64,000 nucleotides of DNA from Candidatus Gastranaerophilales bacterium (GCA_944325865.1 CALVBS010000003.1:11223-75222); one strand, 5' to 3'. Shown: positions 15,951-26,007, counted from the stretch's first letter. Notes: generated by a model from the sequence alone, not told the origin. Translations and numbers: made by a program.

Positions 15951-16997
15951 ATGTATGTAAACAAGTGCGTCAAATGCGGTCGTGAATTTGAGACAAAAAA
16001 CCCCAAGAGAGTTATTTGTCCGGATTGTTTGTATCCCGATAAAAAAATGATGATAAATCCGTCTCCTGAAGGAGGTAGTAATTCTGCGGAGCAGCCTTCA
16101 GTACAAGCTGAAGAACAACAGCAGCCGTTAAACGGTTACAGTACCGAAACGCAGCCGCAGTTCTATAGCAGTTATAGTGCCGGAGAAGGTCGTCCGAGAC
16201 CTCAAAGACAGTATAATAATCAGGGCGGATATAATAGACCTCAGGGCAATTATAATCGTAATAACAATAATTACAATCGCGGCGGATATAATCAGAATCG
16301 TCAGCAGGGTAACTACAGACGTGATAACAGAAGCGGCTATAATAACCAGAGACCTCAGCAAGGCGGATATAATCGCGGCGGTTTTAATAACAGAAGACCT
16401 CAGTCCGGATTTAATAAAGGCGGCTTTAATAATAGAAGACCTCAGAGAAGTAAAGCACCAAAACAACTTCTTGTAAGCAAGGAGCAGTTAGAACAAATTG
16501 AATTGTTGTATAAACCGATGCTTCCTCTTCCAAACCCGGATGCTCATGAAGTTATTGGTGAAAAAATTGGTCTTGAACCAAGAAAAGTATTCTTTGGTAT
16601 TAATCTGGTAAGACAAAAAATGATGCTGCCAAAATTGCCTTTCCCTAAACGTAAACTCGCAATTTCTCCGGATCAGCTTTTTGCTATAAAGAATCTCTAC
16701 GAACCTCTATTGCCGTTGCCTCCTATCGGATGTCATAAAATTATTGCGGCACAGTTAAAAATGGACGAATGGAGAGTTCATGTAGGTATTGGTTTAATTC
16801 GTTCTCAAATGGGCTTACAGAGATGGAATCAGGAAAGAGAAGATTGTCCTGAAGAATTCAAAAAACCTAAAGAAGAAGTCGCAGTTGCTGCTGAAGTTAA
16901 ATCTGAAGCAGAGCCGGCAGAATCAGCCGAGCCGGTTGCAGAAAAACCTAAACGCGGTAGAAAACCTAAGAAAGCAGAAGAATCCGAGAATGAGTAA
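15951..16997 (+). CDS. Zinc-ribbon protein with RGG/N-rich low-complexity region, two tandem ~50-aa repeats and AT-hook-like tail
   Basis: 348 aa. CVKCG...CPDC ribbon. Residues ~80-166 are GGYNR/GGFNNRRPQ repeats (repetitive DNA 16188..16448). Two repeats LY.P.LPLP......I......V..G..L.R.QM. Tail KPKRGRKPKK. The stop overlaps the rimM start. Confidence 0.7.
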   Translation: MYVNKCVKCGREFETKNPKRVICPDCLYPDKKMMINPSPEGGSNSAEQPSVQAEEQQQPLNGYSTETQPQFYSSYSAGEGRPRPQRQYNNQGGYNRPQGNYNRNNNNYNRGGYNQNRQQGNYRRDNRSGYNNQRPQQGGYNRGGFNNRRPQSGFNKGGFNNRRPQRSKAPKQLLVSKEQLEQIELLYKPMLPLPNPDAHEVIGEKIGLEPRKVFFGINLVRQKMMLPKLPFPKRKLAISPDQLFAIKNLYEPLLPLPPIGCHKIIAAQLKMDEWRVHVGIGLIRSQMGLQRWNQEREDCPEEFKKPKEEVAVAAEVKSEAEPAESAEPVAEKPKRGRKPKKAEESENE

Positions 16998-17502
16998 ATT
17001 CATTTCTGTCGGCAAAATACTTAATTTTCATGGAATTAAAGGCGAAGCTAAAGTAGGATTTTCTAAAGGACAGGAAGATTTCCTTCTGTCACTTGATATT
17101 GTTTATGTTAAAAACGGCTCTGAATATCTTCCTCTGGAAATTGAATACAGCCGATTGAATAAATCTGTTGCTCTTATAAAGTTTAAGGATATTGATTCCA
17201 TTAATGATATTATACCTTACAAAGGGCAGATAATTTTTGTCGAAGAGGCAACAATAAGGGAAAAGCTAGATGAAGACGAATTTCTGATAGATGAACTTGT
17301 CGGGCTTTCTGTATATGATACAGAAGATAAAAAGCTGGGATTTGTTGTCGGAGTTTCTAATAATGGAGCCAACGATCTTTTATCTGTTAAAACAAACTCG
17401 AAAAATATTTGTCTGGTACCTTTTGTAAAAGCTATTATTGTTTCTGTAAGCATAAAAGATAAAAAGATTGTTATTAATAATCTGGAAGGGTTGTTGCAAT
17501 GA
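16990..17502 (+). CDS. rimM: 16S rRNA processing protein RimM
   Basis: ISVGKILNFHGIKGEAKV N-terminus typical of RimM, PRC-barrel-like C-terminus. ATG16990 overlaps the upstream stop (ATGAGTAA). The track's 16885 start lies inside the upstream gene. Confidence 0.9.
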   Translation: MSKFISVGKILNFHGIKGEAKVGFSKGQEDFLLSLDIVYVKNGSEYLPLEIEYSRLNKSVALIKFKDIDSINDIIPYKGQIIFVEEATIREKLDEDEFLIDELVGLSVYDTEDKKLGFVVGVSNNGANDLLSVKTNSKNICLVPFVKAIIVSVSIKDKKIVINNLEGLLQ

Positions 17503-18194
17503 GATTTGATGTAATGACCTTGTTTCCGGAAATGATAGAGAATTACTGTAGTTTCAGCATCTTAAAAAGAGCGGTAGAAAGCGGTGTTATCTCTGTAAAT
17601 ACGATTAATCCGCGGGATTTTACTCTGGATAAGCATAAAAAGGTTGACGATACTCCATACGGCGGTGGTGCAGGAATGGTATTAATGGCTCAGCCCTATG
17701 TTGATGCTTATGAAAGTATTATACGTCTTGAAAATTCTATAACTGTCATGCTGTCCCCGCAGGGTGAACCGTTAAATGATTCTATAGTTGACGGGTTGGC
17801 AAAAGCAGGACAGATAATTTTGATGTGCGGTCACTATGAAGGCTTTGACGAAAGAATAAGAGATATAATTAAACCTCGGGAAATCTCAATAGGAGATTTC
17901 GTACTTACCGGCGGGGAGCTGCCTGCATTATGCCTGATTGATGCTGTAAGCAGAAAGGTTGAGGGAACGCTTGGAAAGATTGAATCTGCTGATGAAGACA
18001 GTTTTTCAAACGGACTTTTGGAGTACCCGCATTATACAAAGCCAAGGGAATATAGGGGGTTGAAGGTTCCGGATGTACTGTTAAACGGAAATCATAAAGA
18101 AATTGCTGAATTCAGGTTTAATATGTCTCTGGAACGTACTAAAAAGAAACGTCCGGATTTATATGAACGTTATGAAAATGAATATTTAAAATAA
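17499..18194 (+). CDS. trmD: tRNA (guanine37-N1)-methyltransferase
   Basis: 231 aa. FDVMTLFPEM, DDTPYGGGAGMV, CGHYEGFDERI, SIGDFVLTGGE motifs. ATGA overlap with rimM. Confidence 0.96.
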   Translation: MRFDVMTLFPEMIENYCSFSILKRAVESGVISVNTINPRDFTLDKHKKVDDTPYGGGAGMVLMAQPYVDAYESIIRLENSITVMLSPQGEPLNDSIVDGLAKAGQIILMCGHYEGFDERIRDIIKPREISIGDFVLTGGELPALCLIDAVSRKVEGTLGKIESADEDSFSNGLLEYPHYTKPREYRGLKVPDVLLNGNHKEIAEFRFNMSLERTKKKRPDLYERYENEYLK

Positions 18195-18240
18195 TCATTT
18201 TTATATGCTGTTGCACAAAAATCTCTGAATTATATTCGGA

Positions 18241-18735
18241 TTATTTATATCTGGAATTCAGCGGGTTTTTCTCTCCAAGTCCAAAGATATCGCGTACCAG
18301 TTTAATTGCTCCTACGGCTACTAATCCGATTCCGGCACCTTTACATATTTTACCGTGTTTCAACGGGGTAAGTAAAGCTGTAAGTCCGAGTCCCAGCGGA
18401 ACTACACCTGAAATTAACATTTCCCCGAACCCTGAAATATAGCCTGTAGCAGAATTCCATAGTCTGAATAAGTTATTCTCCATTTCAAAATTAAATAATT
18501 TTTTCTTAATTTTGGACTGTATCAGACTCGGTTCTGTCTGATACAGAGTATTATTAAACGCGTTACTGCATCTGTTAGCTTCTTTTGATTGTGCATATAT
18601 ATCGGCGTTAAGTTTCCCTAAAATATGTGCATCATACGCTACCATGCCGACGGCTGCAGCCCCTGCCGCTTTTGCAAGGTACTTTCCGTAATTATTTTTT
18701 ATTGCATTTGTAAATCTGGAAAGTGAGAGTGCCAT
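18241..18735 (-). CDS. Hypothetical membrane protein (Gly/Ala-rich helices)
   Basis: 164-aa ORF directly downstream of 18746..19570. Hydrophobic Gly-rich segments. Confidence 0.55.
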   Translation of the reverse strand: MALSLSRFTNAIKNNYGKYLAKAAGAAAVGMVAYDAHILGKLNADIYAQSKEANRCSNAFNNTLYQTEPSLIQSKIKKKLFNFEMENNLFRLWNSATGYISGFGEMLISGVVPLGLGLTALLTPLKHGKICKGAGIGLVAVGAIKLVRDIFGLGEKNPLNSRYK

Positions 18736-18745
18736 ATTTTACCTG

Positions 18746-19570
18746 CTACTTTTTATTTTCTTCTGTCTTCTGGGGTTTGTCTTTAACTTCAAATTCTTTT
18801 TCTACTGTTTTTCCTGCCATTTTTAGAAGGATATTTGTTGCACTAAGTGCATCCTGTCCGTATCCTTCTTTAGAATTTTGCATTTTGGTCAGAACTCCTA
18901 CGGTATAATCATCACCTGTTATTGCTCTTGAATCAAGCAAGCCGAGTGCCAGAATTCTGATTTCCTGTGCAGGGTCTTGGAGCATTTTGTTTGTTAATGC
19001 GGTGAGAGCTTTGTCATCTTTTCGGGATTCATCTTCCTGAGCACGGGCTACTACTTCTTTTGCACCCATTAATCGTACCTGCAAATCCTGACTGTTTAAA
19101 TAGTTTTCAAGAGTTTTTATGTAATTATCAGTTAATTGTACAATTTGTCGTTTTTCAGTCTTTTTATCTGTTGTTTTGTTTTCCGTTTCATTAACTGTTT
19201 TATTTGTGGTTGTATTTGTAGTTTCGTTGTTAGTATTACTATTTTGAGACTGCGGCTTAAAGTCCTGTGTATAATAATTCGACGGGTAACAATCACCGAG
19301 GCCTGTTCCGTAAGGGCCGTATGTCGGAGCATTTACGTTATAAACCGGAGCAGCTCCGGGGGTTCCGACGGCAGGATTGAATATTTGAATATTTACACCG
19401 GCATAACTCTGTCCCTGTGGCGGTGTAACTGTCTGTACCACAGGTCTGGTTATATAAGGCTGCATAACCGGTTGCGTTTGTATAACTGCAGGTTGCTGTG
19501 CTTGTGCCTGCGGTTGAGCCTGTTTTATATTATTATTTGTAATTTGACCTTGAGGAGCATTCGTTTGCAT
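18746..19570 (-). CDS. Hypothetical protein: Q/P-rich N-terminus, N/T-rich linker, HEAT-like C-terminal repeats
   Basis: 274-aa ORF. C-terminus LQVRLMGAKEVV...DPAQEIRILALGLL resembles HEAT/armadillo repeats. Confidence 0.55.
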   Translation of the reverse strand: MQTNAPQGQITNNNIKQAQPQAQAQQPAVIQTQPVMQPYITRPVVQTVTPPQGQSYAGVNIQIFNPAVGTPGAAPVYNVNAPTYGPYGTGLGDCYPSNYYTQDFKPQSQNSNTNNETTNTTTNKTVNETENKTTDKKTEKRQIVQLTDNYIKTLENYLNSQDLQVRLMGAKEVVARAQEDESRKDDKALTALTNKMLQDPAQEIRILALGLLDSRAITGDDYTVGVLTKMQNSKEGYGQDALSATNILLKMAGKTVEKEFEVKDKPQKTEENKK

Positions 19571-19676
19571 ATAATACTACCTTTCACTACCTATTATATA
19601 AAAGTATAATAATGAAAAATAATTGCTATTTTTTGTTTAATTTTAAGAAATGTAAAATATTTTATTCTTTATTAGC

Positions 19677-20276
19677 ATGACAGCATATAATAAAACTATG
19701 GGCAGTTATGAAGAAAATTATTTAAAGATGCGTCCTCAGTCTTTATGCCACATGTGCGGCAGATGCTGCCGGGTCGTTACTACATCCAAATCATATAGAG
19801 AGCTTAAACTTCTTCAGGCTGAAGGCGATGAGGGTGCTGTTGATTTTCTTAAGATATTTGAGCCTTATCCGTCAGTTGAAGCTGCCAGAGCTGTTGATAA
19901 AGAAGTTGTCGATAATATTTTGGCCCGTATGAAAGAAGGCGGACAAGATACTGATAATGTAACATTTTACTGTTGTAAATATCTTCTTGATAATAATATG
20001 TGTTCTATATATGAGGAACGCCCTTTACTATGCCGCCATTGTCCGAGTACGCCATGGGTAATTGTTCCGCCGGGCTGCGGTTTCGAAGGATGGCTCTATT
20101 TAATGCGGGAACGTGACAAGAAAAAAATTCGTAAATCAAAAGAGGATTTACTTGAACTTCAACTTCTCAAAACAAAAATGAAAAATCCTGCTGATTTGCA
20201 AAAAATTGAAGCTGTTGAAAATAAAATTTACAATAATATTGAAAAATTCAAAAAATACGGTTCTGAACTCTGGTAA
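19677..20276 (+). CDS. YkgJ-family cysteine-cluster protein (second copy)
   Basis: 199 aa. CHMCGRCC plus FYCCKYL...CSIYEERPLLCRHCP. Same family as 13593..14264. Confidence 0.7.
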   Translation: MTAYNKTMGSYEENYLKMRPQSLCHMCGRCCRVVTTSKSYRELKLLQAEGDEGAVDFLKIFEPYPSVEAARAVDKEVVDNILARMKEGGQDTDNVTFYCCKYLLDNNMCSIYEERPLLCRHCPSTPWVIVPPGCGFEGWLYLMRERDKKKIRKSKEDLLELQLLKTKMKNPADLQKIEAVENKIYNNIEKFKKYGSELW

Positions 20277-22778
20277 TTATTTCGTTTCTGTTTTTGCGAG
20301 TTTCGTTCTGTAAAAATCCGTATTAATATTGAGCTTTTCACCTATATCAAGCAGCATTTCAATAAGCTTTCTGTCATTTTTTCTCTTTGACTGTTGCAGC
20401 ATATCAATAATTTCGTTGATATGGCTGTAAATTTTGGTAAAATAGATATTCTGAGCTTCAGCAATATCTACTTCAAGTTCAAGTTTTTCAATATAATCAA
20501 ACAGTTCCATAATTACTTCAGCCTGTTGAACTTCAAGCCCGTAAGTCAATCTGTTGAGATTCTGGTTTATTTTCTTTGCAAAAATTTTGTTTGACGGAGC
20601 CTTATCGAGTTTAATGCCCATCCTTTTTGACTCATAATTAATATCAACTGCCTGCTGGGTTATTGTCGGATCAACAAAACCTCCGGAATGAATTATCAAA
20701 TCATTGAATTTTCTGCTGAGAGCATATCCGGCAGAAATCTTAAATTCATCAGGAATTGTAAGCCCAAGATTTTGCATATGATAGATTGAACTTTTCCCTT
20801 CATCATACATTTCTTCATATGTTCTTGCAAACTTATCAAGTTTATCTTTCAGCAGAATTTGAAGAATTTTCCTTCTTTCTTCTATGAATATATCTTTAAG
20901 CGTAAAGTATTCTTTACCGAAGTATTCGTCCAAAGCTCTGATAATTTCGGTTATTGAATCCAATAGGAATTTTTTAATTAAGGTATTCTTCATAGTATTA
21001 AATTCAATATCTTCGGAATATTCCTTTATAGCACAGTGGAAATCTCCGTCTGCGTATTGCATAAGAGCGAAAATAAGATTTGATTTCTGCTGTGTAATTC
21101 TGGATTGAACTTCAATACATCCGGTAACAAAGCTTGAATTACCTTTTTCTACTTTTTGGTAATCATGTCTTATAACTTTATAGCAATAAACGTTTTCTTC
21201 ATCATCAAAATCCTGATAAAGTGATGATATTGCCCACAAGCTGGCAACCTGTTTCATTGTTACGATTGAAGGTTTAACAAACCTTTCAAATATGTCTTTA
21301 CCGGTACCGTATTCGGCAATATTGCTTTTTGCTTCTGATAAAATTTCCAAAAACCGTTTTTCGTAGTCGTTTTTGCTGAAGTTTGCCGCAAGCTGCATTG
21401 CACGGGCTGCATATTTCATAATTTGAACGGTTTCAATTCCTGAAATTTCAGAGAAGAACCATCCGCAGCTTGTGTACATAAGCATAGCCTGACGCTGAAT
21501 TTCAAGAAGCTCCATAGCTCTGACTTTTTCCGTATCGGATAAGTCTTTTTTGAAGTTTTCTTGTTGGAATTTTGATACAATCAGGCTGCTCCGGTCAAGA
21601 ATTACTGCAATATAGTTATTTCTAACCTCCCAAACATCTTTATTAAAATATTTAGGCCCTTCCTGTTCAAATACTTTTATAAGTTCATCTCTCAGGTAAT
21701 CGAGAGCATCACGAAGGGGCTTTCTCCATTTCTGATTCCAACCCGGATGTCCTCCTGTAGAGCAGCCGCAATCTTCTTTCCATCTTCCTACTCCATGAAA
21801 ACAGCTCCAGCTTGAGGCTTGCTTTATATCAGCCTCATAATTACTTCTGTATTTATCTAAGTATTCTGCATAATTTGTAATAGTGAAACCTTCATCTTTT
21901 GCTTTTATCTGAAGGACGTAAGCAAGAGCCATATCTCCGAATTTTGTGTGGTGTCCGTAACTTTCACCGTCAGTTGCAATATTAACTAATTGCGGGTAAT
22001 TTCTTAAATCAGAAACACCTTCTTTTAGTCTCTTAATAAATTTGTTCCCATCTTTTAAAAGTTCATCAAACGCTACGGAACGTGAAATAGCACCGTCGTA
22101 GAAGAACAGGTCAATGTATTTTCCGGGTGCTGATTTCATATAATACCTGTAAGATCTTGCAGGATCCACATTGCCCCAGCTAACATCCTGCCAGTCTTTA
22201 TCTCCTTCTTTTCTTATTTTCAAAGCCTGATAAGGGGAAAGTATTGTAAATTTAATCCCGTTTTCTTCTAAAAGTCTCAATGTATCATCGTCAACTGCAG
22301 TTTCGGCAAGCCACATCCCTTCAGGTTTTCTTCCGAATCGATACTCAAAATCCTTTATCCCCCATTTTATCTGTGTATCTTTGTCATGTTCATTTGCCAG
22401 AGGCATAATCATATGGTTATAAACCTGTGCGATTGCATTCCCATGACCGTTATGTTCAGAAATACTTTCAATATCAGCTTTAATAATTCGCTCATAAGTA
22501 AGCGGAGCAAATTTTTCCATCCATGAAAGCAGAGTAGGACCAAAGTTGTAACTTATATGTTCATAGTTATTAACCATGTCCAGAATTCTGTTTCTGCTGT
22601 CAACAATTTTTGATACGGAATTAGGATTGTAACACTCTTTGTTAATTCTTTCGTTCCAGTCGTGAAACGGTAATGCACTGTCTTGAAGTTCTATTGCCTC
22701 AAGCCATGGATTTTCTCTCGGCGGCTGGTAGAAATGTCCGTGTATCGTAAGAAAAACTTCTTTTTTATTATTTTCCAT
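20277..22778 (-). CDS. Glycoside hydrolase family 57 protein with long C-terminal helical extension (DUF3536-type architecture)
   Basis: 833 aa. N-terminus LTIHGHFYQPPRENPW and later GH57-like blocks (ATDGESYGHH). Confidence 0.88.
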   Translation of the reverse strand: MENNKKEVFLTIHGHFYQPPRENPWLEAIELQDSALPFHDWNERINKECYNPNSVSKIVDSRNRILDMVNNYEHISYNFGPTLLSWMEKFAPLTYERIIKADIESISEHNGHGNAIAQVYNHMIMPLANEHDKDTQIKWGIKDFEYRFGRKPEGMWLAETAVDDDTLRLLEENGIKFTILSPYQALKIRKEGDKDWQDVSWGNVDPARSYRYYMKSAPGKYIDLFFYDGAISRSVAFDELLKDGNKFIKRLKEGVSDLRNYPQLVNIATDGESYGHHTKFGDMALAYVLQIKAKDEGFTITNYAEYLDKYRSNYEADIKQASSWSCFHGVGRWKEDCGCSTGGHPGWNQKWRKPLRDALDYLRDELIKVFEQEGPKYFNKDVWEVRNNYIAVILDRSSLIVSKFQQENFKKDLSDTEKVRAMELLEIQRQAMLMYTSCGWFFSEISGIETVQIMKYAARAMQLAANFSKNDYEKRFLEILSEAKSNIAEYGTGKDIFERFVKPSIVTMKQVASLWAISSLYQDFDDEENVYCYKVIRHDYQKVEKGNSSFVTGCIEVQSRITQQKSNLIFALMQYADGDFHCAIKEYSEDIEFNTMKNTLIKKFLLDSITEIIRALDEYFGKEYFTLKDIFIEERRKILQILLKDKLDKFARTYEEMYDEGKSSIYHMQNLGLTIPDEFKISAGYALSRKFNDLIIHSGGFVDPTITQQAVDINYESKRMGIKLDKAPSNKIFAKKINQNLNRLTYGLEVQQAEVIMELFDYIEKLELEVDIAEAQNIYFTKIYSHINEIIDMLQQSKRKNDRKLIEMLLDIGEKLNINTDFYRTKLAKTETK

Positions 22779-22803
22779 ATCTTAACTCCGTATATGTTTT
22801 TGT

Positions 22804-23343
22804 TTACTGCTGCGGTGTGTCTTTAGATGCTGAGGCCGGTTTCTTTGTAAGTACGGTGAACTGTTCTGCATCCATCCACACATCACCGAGTGCATTAGAA
22901 AATACATGTCCTGCAACTTCTATTTGATCCCCGGATTCCAAATCAATATGTTTTTCAGCTTCTTTTCTGTCCAAAAAGATTTTGAGTTCGGAAAGAGGTA
23001 CATTGTGGGTTGTTACATCACTTCTTTGAATAAGAAACGTTATGTACTTATCAGAACTTCTAAATGCCGGTTTATAATCCAGGCCTAATGTAGCATATTT
23101 ATCAAATTTGGCCTTGAATTTAACATTTTTATTTAAATATTTCCCCGGATAATTTACCATATCAACAGGTTCTGCATATACATAAGTTTTTTGAGGAACA
23201 GTTTGAACTGCTGCTGCTTTTGCAGCTATATTTCTGGTTGTTGGCGGTATAAGCGGATTTGTCGTTGCCGCATTGGTAAGTGTAACTGTACCTGCACCCA
23301 GCATTATTATTAACGCTGCTGATATGACTTTTATTTTATTCAT
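22804..23343 (-). CDS. Hypothetical secreted protein
   Basis: 179 aa with signal peptide. No recognisable domain. Confidence 0.55.
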   Translation of the reverse strand: MNKIKVISAALIIMLGAGTVTLTNAATTNPLIPPTTRNIAAKAAAVQTVPQKTYVYAEPVDMVNYPGKYLNKNVKFKAKFDKYATLGLDYKPAFRSSDKYITFLIQRSDVTTHNVPLSELKIFLDRKEAEKHIDLESGDQIEVAGHVFSNALGDVWMDAEQFTVLTKKPASASKDTPQQ

Positions 23344-23440
23344 AACAAATGTTGACCTCTTCTTACAATAATAATTATCTTACACTAATTATATTATCAC
23401 ACATATTATTTTTTGTAACTACCTTACTTACGAATATGCA

Positions 23441-23471
23441 AAAAAAAACGGACTTCCAAAAGGTTGTCCGG
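23441..23471 (-). terminator. Rho-independent terminator after cobO copy 1
   Basis: On the minus strand: CGGAC..CC-TTTT-GG..GTCCG hairpin followed by T8 (A8 at 23441-23448 on the plus strand). Confidence 0.6.
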
Positions 23472-23535
23472 TATTTCATTTCTGAAACAAAAAGGATTTA
23501 CATTAACTTAAGTCTTTTCTTCACTCTATTTTTTA

Positions 23536-24069
23536 TTAATACTCAATTCCCTGTCTTGCCATTACTCCGATATCAAAGTAATGCTTGATAGGTTTCATCT
23601 CTGTTACGAGATGTGCTATAGCCTTTAATTCAGGATGAGCATAACGTCCGGTAAGAACAATTTCCAAATTTTCAGGCTTGTGTAAAAGTGCATCTTTAAC
23701 TTCACTTACCTTAATCATATTCATTGCCGTACAAATATTAATCTCATCAAGAATAATTAACTGATATTCTCCTGAATTGATAGCTTTTTTAGCAAATTCC
23801 CAACCTTTTTTTGCTTCTCTGAAATCATCCATACAAACATTGTGTGAATAACATACCCTGTCCATACCGAATTGAACAACATCCAGATTAGGCAAAAATT
23901 TTGAAGAAGTGATAATTTCTCCGTAAGAAGTGGCACTGTCACCTTTGGTAAACTGAATAATCAAAACTTTCCATCCATGCCCCAATGCTCTTAGAGCAAG
24001 TCCCAAAGATGCTGTTGTTTTCCCCTTTCCATCTCCTGTATAAATTTGTATATAACCATGCTCTAACAC
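23536..24069 (-). CDS. cobO: Cob(I)yrinic acid a,c-diamide / cob(I)alamin adenosyltransferase (CobO/BtuR type), copy 1
   Basis: 177 aa. GYIQIYTGDGKGKTTASLGLALRALGHGWKVLIIQFTKG and LDEINI...TGR...DLVTEM.. pattern. Confidence 0.9.
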   Translation of the reverse strand: MLEHGYIQIYTGDGKGKTTASLGLALRALGHGWKVLIIQFTKGDSATSYGEIITSSKFLPNLDVVQFGMDRVCYSHNVCMDDFREAKKGWEFAKKAINSGEYQLIILDEINICTAMNMIKVSEVKDALLHKPENLEIVLTGRYAHPELKAIAHLVTEMKPIKHYFDIGVMARQGIEY

Positions 24070-24630
24070 TTCTGACTACCTCCAAATACAACTGTGTTTA
24101 TTATCTCCATCACCATTTTAAACGATACTATAAATTATTTAATCGTTCTTTAGGTCGAAACCATGAGGTGGAATTTTTAAATCCCCACCTCCCAAGATTT
24201 GTATATTCATCATAGACTTAAATTTGAAAAAAATAAATAAGATTAAACTTGTCCATGACAATCTTTTTACAATTATTTTCAGTTGAAATTTATACTGCAA
24301 GAGTTTGATTGAATCTCAGACAATTACGAATATAGTAAAAAAGTTTACTTAATTTTTGTTAAGTAAAGGTTAATTTTACTTGCAAAGTCTCAAAGAAACC
24401 GTTGTTATTGTGTCATGGTTACACTAAAAAAGGTTAAGTCTTGTAAAGAATACGCTGCAATTTTGGTTATTTATATAAAAATAGAGACATAATATAAATA
24501 GAGGTCGATAAAATTTTATAAGTAAAGAGATTGTAAAGTTATGTTACAGAAAAAGTATAAAATAGGCAATTTAATTAATCTCAAATTGTTTATATATATA
24601 CGAAGTATATAAAATGAGAGAGTATTAGAT

Positions 24631-25926
24631 ATGTCTGTTGAAATGAACAAGAGAATATCAATGAAACCGGGGTTCGGAAAGAAGCTTGAAACTCCGAGAT
24701 TCAATAAACAGAGTCTTTCTTCTACCAGAGGAGCAGACAGCTCTGTCTTTTCAAATACGACATCTCTTAACAGAACTTCTCTTAAAGAGTCGGTAAGCAA
24801 GACTATTTCTACTTCAACATTGAACAAAAGTATATCTACAAGTTATACAAATTCGTCTTCAAGTGTATTCAACAGCAAAAGTTCAAATTATGTACCTGGT
24901 AACCATTTCCTTGGTGTCAGTGACTACTACAGAGATAGAAATGAAGTCAGAACTGGTATTACAACTGGAATTGGCTATGATGCCAGCGTTGGCGGCTACA
25001 GAAGCGGCAAGCATGATTTAGAGTTATACACCGGCGGTCTCACACAGCGTAGTGAACGCAGAATGATGCAGAGAGCTGGCATGGTTGATTTGAGCAAGTT
25101 AGGACAAATCGACAACGGCAGTTCCGGTTCCGGCGGTAAAAAAATGTCATGGGTTGCAAAACTAGGGCTGGGCCTTTTAGGTGCAGGTGTCGCTGTCGGC
25201 GGTGGATTTGCTATTGCAGATATTATTAAAAATAACAAAGCTAAAAAGGCTGAAAAGACTAAGGAGCCTGATATCGCAAAACTTAATAAACAACAGCAAA
25301 AACAGGATGTTAAATCCGCCAAGGTCGAAACAAATGAAGTGAAAGGTGCCCAAAATACAAATACAACACCGGTATCAAATAACCCTACTGTACAATCTTT
25401 ACAATCAGCTAAAACTTCAGATGAATGTAAACAAATTTCAGCACAATTAACTGAACAACAACAAACAGTTAATGATACAATTCAGTTGAATCAAAATAAT
25501 TTAACAAAAGCAACAGAAGGTAAAGAAAAGGCTCAAAATTCTCTTGATGTTGCAACTCAAGGTATTTCAACCGAAAAACAAAATATTCAGAGACAAGAAG
25601 GTACAATTACAAAACTTCAAAGTCAGTTGAGCCAGTTAGATCCAAAAGCAGAAAATTATACAGAAATGAAGGCCCAGTTAGAGTCTCAAATTCAAGAGGC
25701 AGAAAAGGCAAAACAAACTTCTGAAACAAATCTTAAAAACTTTGAACAGCAAAAGGAATCTGCACAAAATAGTATTACACAATTCAATAATGAAATATCA
25801 TCAATTAATTCTGATTTATCAAGTTTGAATGCAGAAAAGGCAGAAATTGATAAAGGAATAGCAGATGCAAATAAAAAAGCTGAAGAACTTTCTGCAAAAG
25901 AACAACAAGATGGAAAACAAGCTTAA
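24631..25926 (+). CDS. Hypothetical membrane-anchored coiled-coil protein
   Basis: 431 aa. S/T-rich N-terminal third, one TM helix (WVAKLGLGLLGAGVAVGGGFAIADII), Q/E/K-rich coiled coil. Confidence 0.6.
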   Translation: MSVEMNKRISMKPGFGKKLETPRFNKQSLSSTRGADSSVFSNTTSLNRTSLKESVSKTISTSTLNKSISTSYTNSSSSVFNSKSSNYVPGNHFLGVSDYYRDRNEVRTGITTGIGYDASVGGYRSGKHDLELYTGGLTQRSERRMMQRAGMVDLSKLGQIDNGSSGSGGKKMSWVAKLGLGLLGAGVAVGGGFAIADIIKNNKAKKAEKTKEPDIAKLNKQQQKQDVKSAKVETNEVKGAQNTNTTPVSNNPTVQSLQSAKTSDECKQISAQLTEQQQTVNDTIQLNQNNLTKATEGKEKAQNSLDVATQGISTEKQNIQRQEGTITKLQSQLSQLDPKAENYTEMKAQLESQIQEAEKAKQTSETNLKNFEQQKESAQNSITQFNNEISSINSDLSSLNAEKAEIDKGIADANKKAEELSAKEQQDGKQA

Positions 25927-26007
25927 TGTAAAAAACTTTACATTAGGCTTTACTTTTGTATGGGCTTAACTTATAATAATATAGAAGACAGCATTGTCAT
26001 TAAAAAA

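Noticed and set aside
16188-16448. Short DNA repeats considered as a possible CRISPR or tandem-repeat array
   Set aside because: The repeats are imperfect and in frame, and they encode the low-complexity region of a protein. There is no repeat-spacer architecture and no cas genes.
16128-16476. ORFs 16128..16466 (-) and 16177..16476 (+) as separate genes
   Set aside because: They are alternative-frame readings of the repetitive GGYNR/GGFNNRRPQ-coding DNA inside 15951..16997. Periodic repeats keep several frames open.
16885-16989. The 35-codon N-terminal extension of rimM given by the ORF track
   Set aside because: It lies inside the 3' end of the preceding gene in another frame. The RimM homology starts at MSKFISVGKI, and ATG16990 forms a typical ATGAGTAA coupling overlap.
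24165-24191. Hairpin GAGGTGG/CCACCTC upstream of cobO copy 1 considered as part of a cobalamin riboswitch
   Set aside because: No B12 box (AGYCMGgAgaCCkGCc-like) or GGGAA/GGUG core is visible on the cobO strand, and the element is too short. I left it as an unexplained hairpin.
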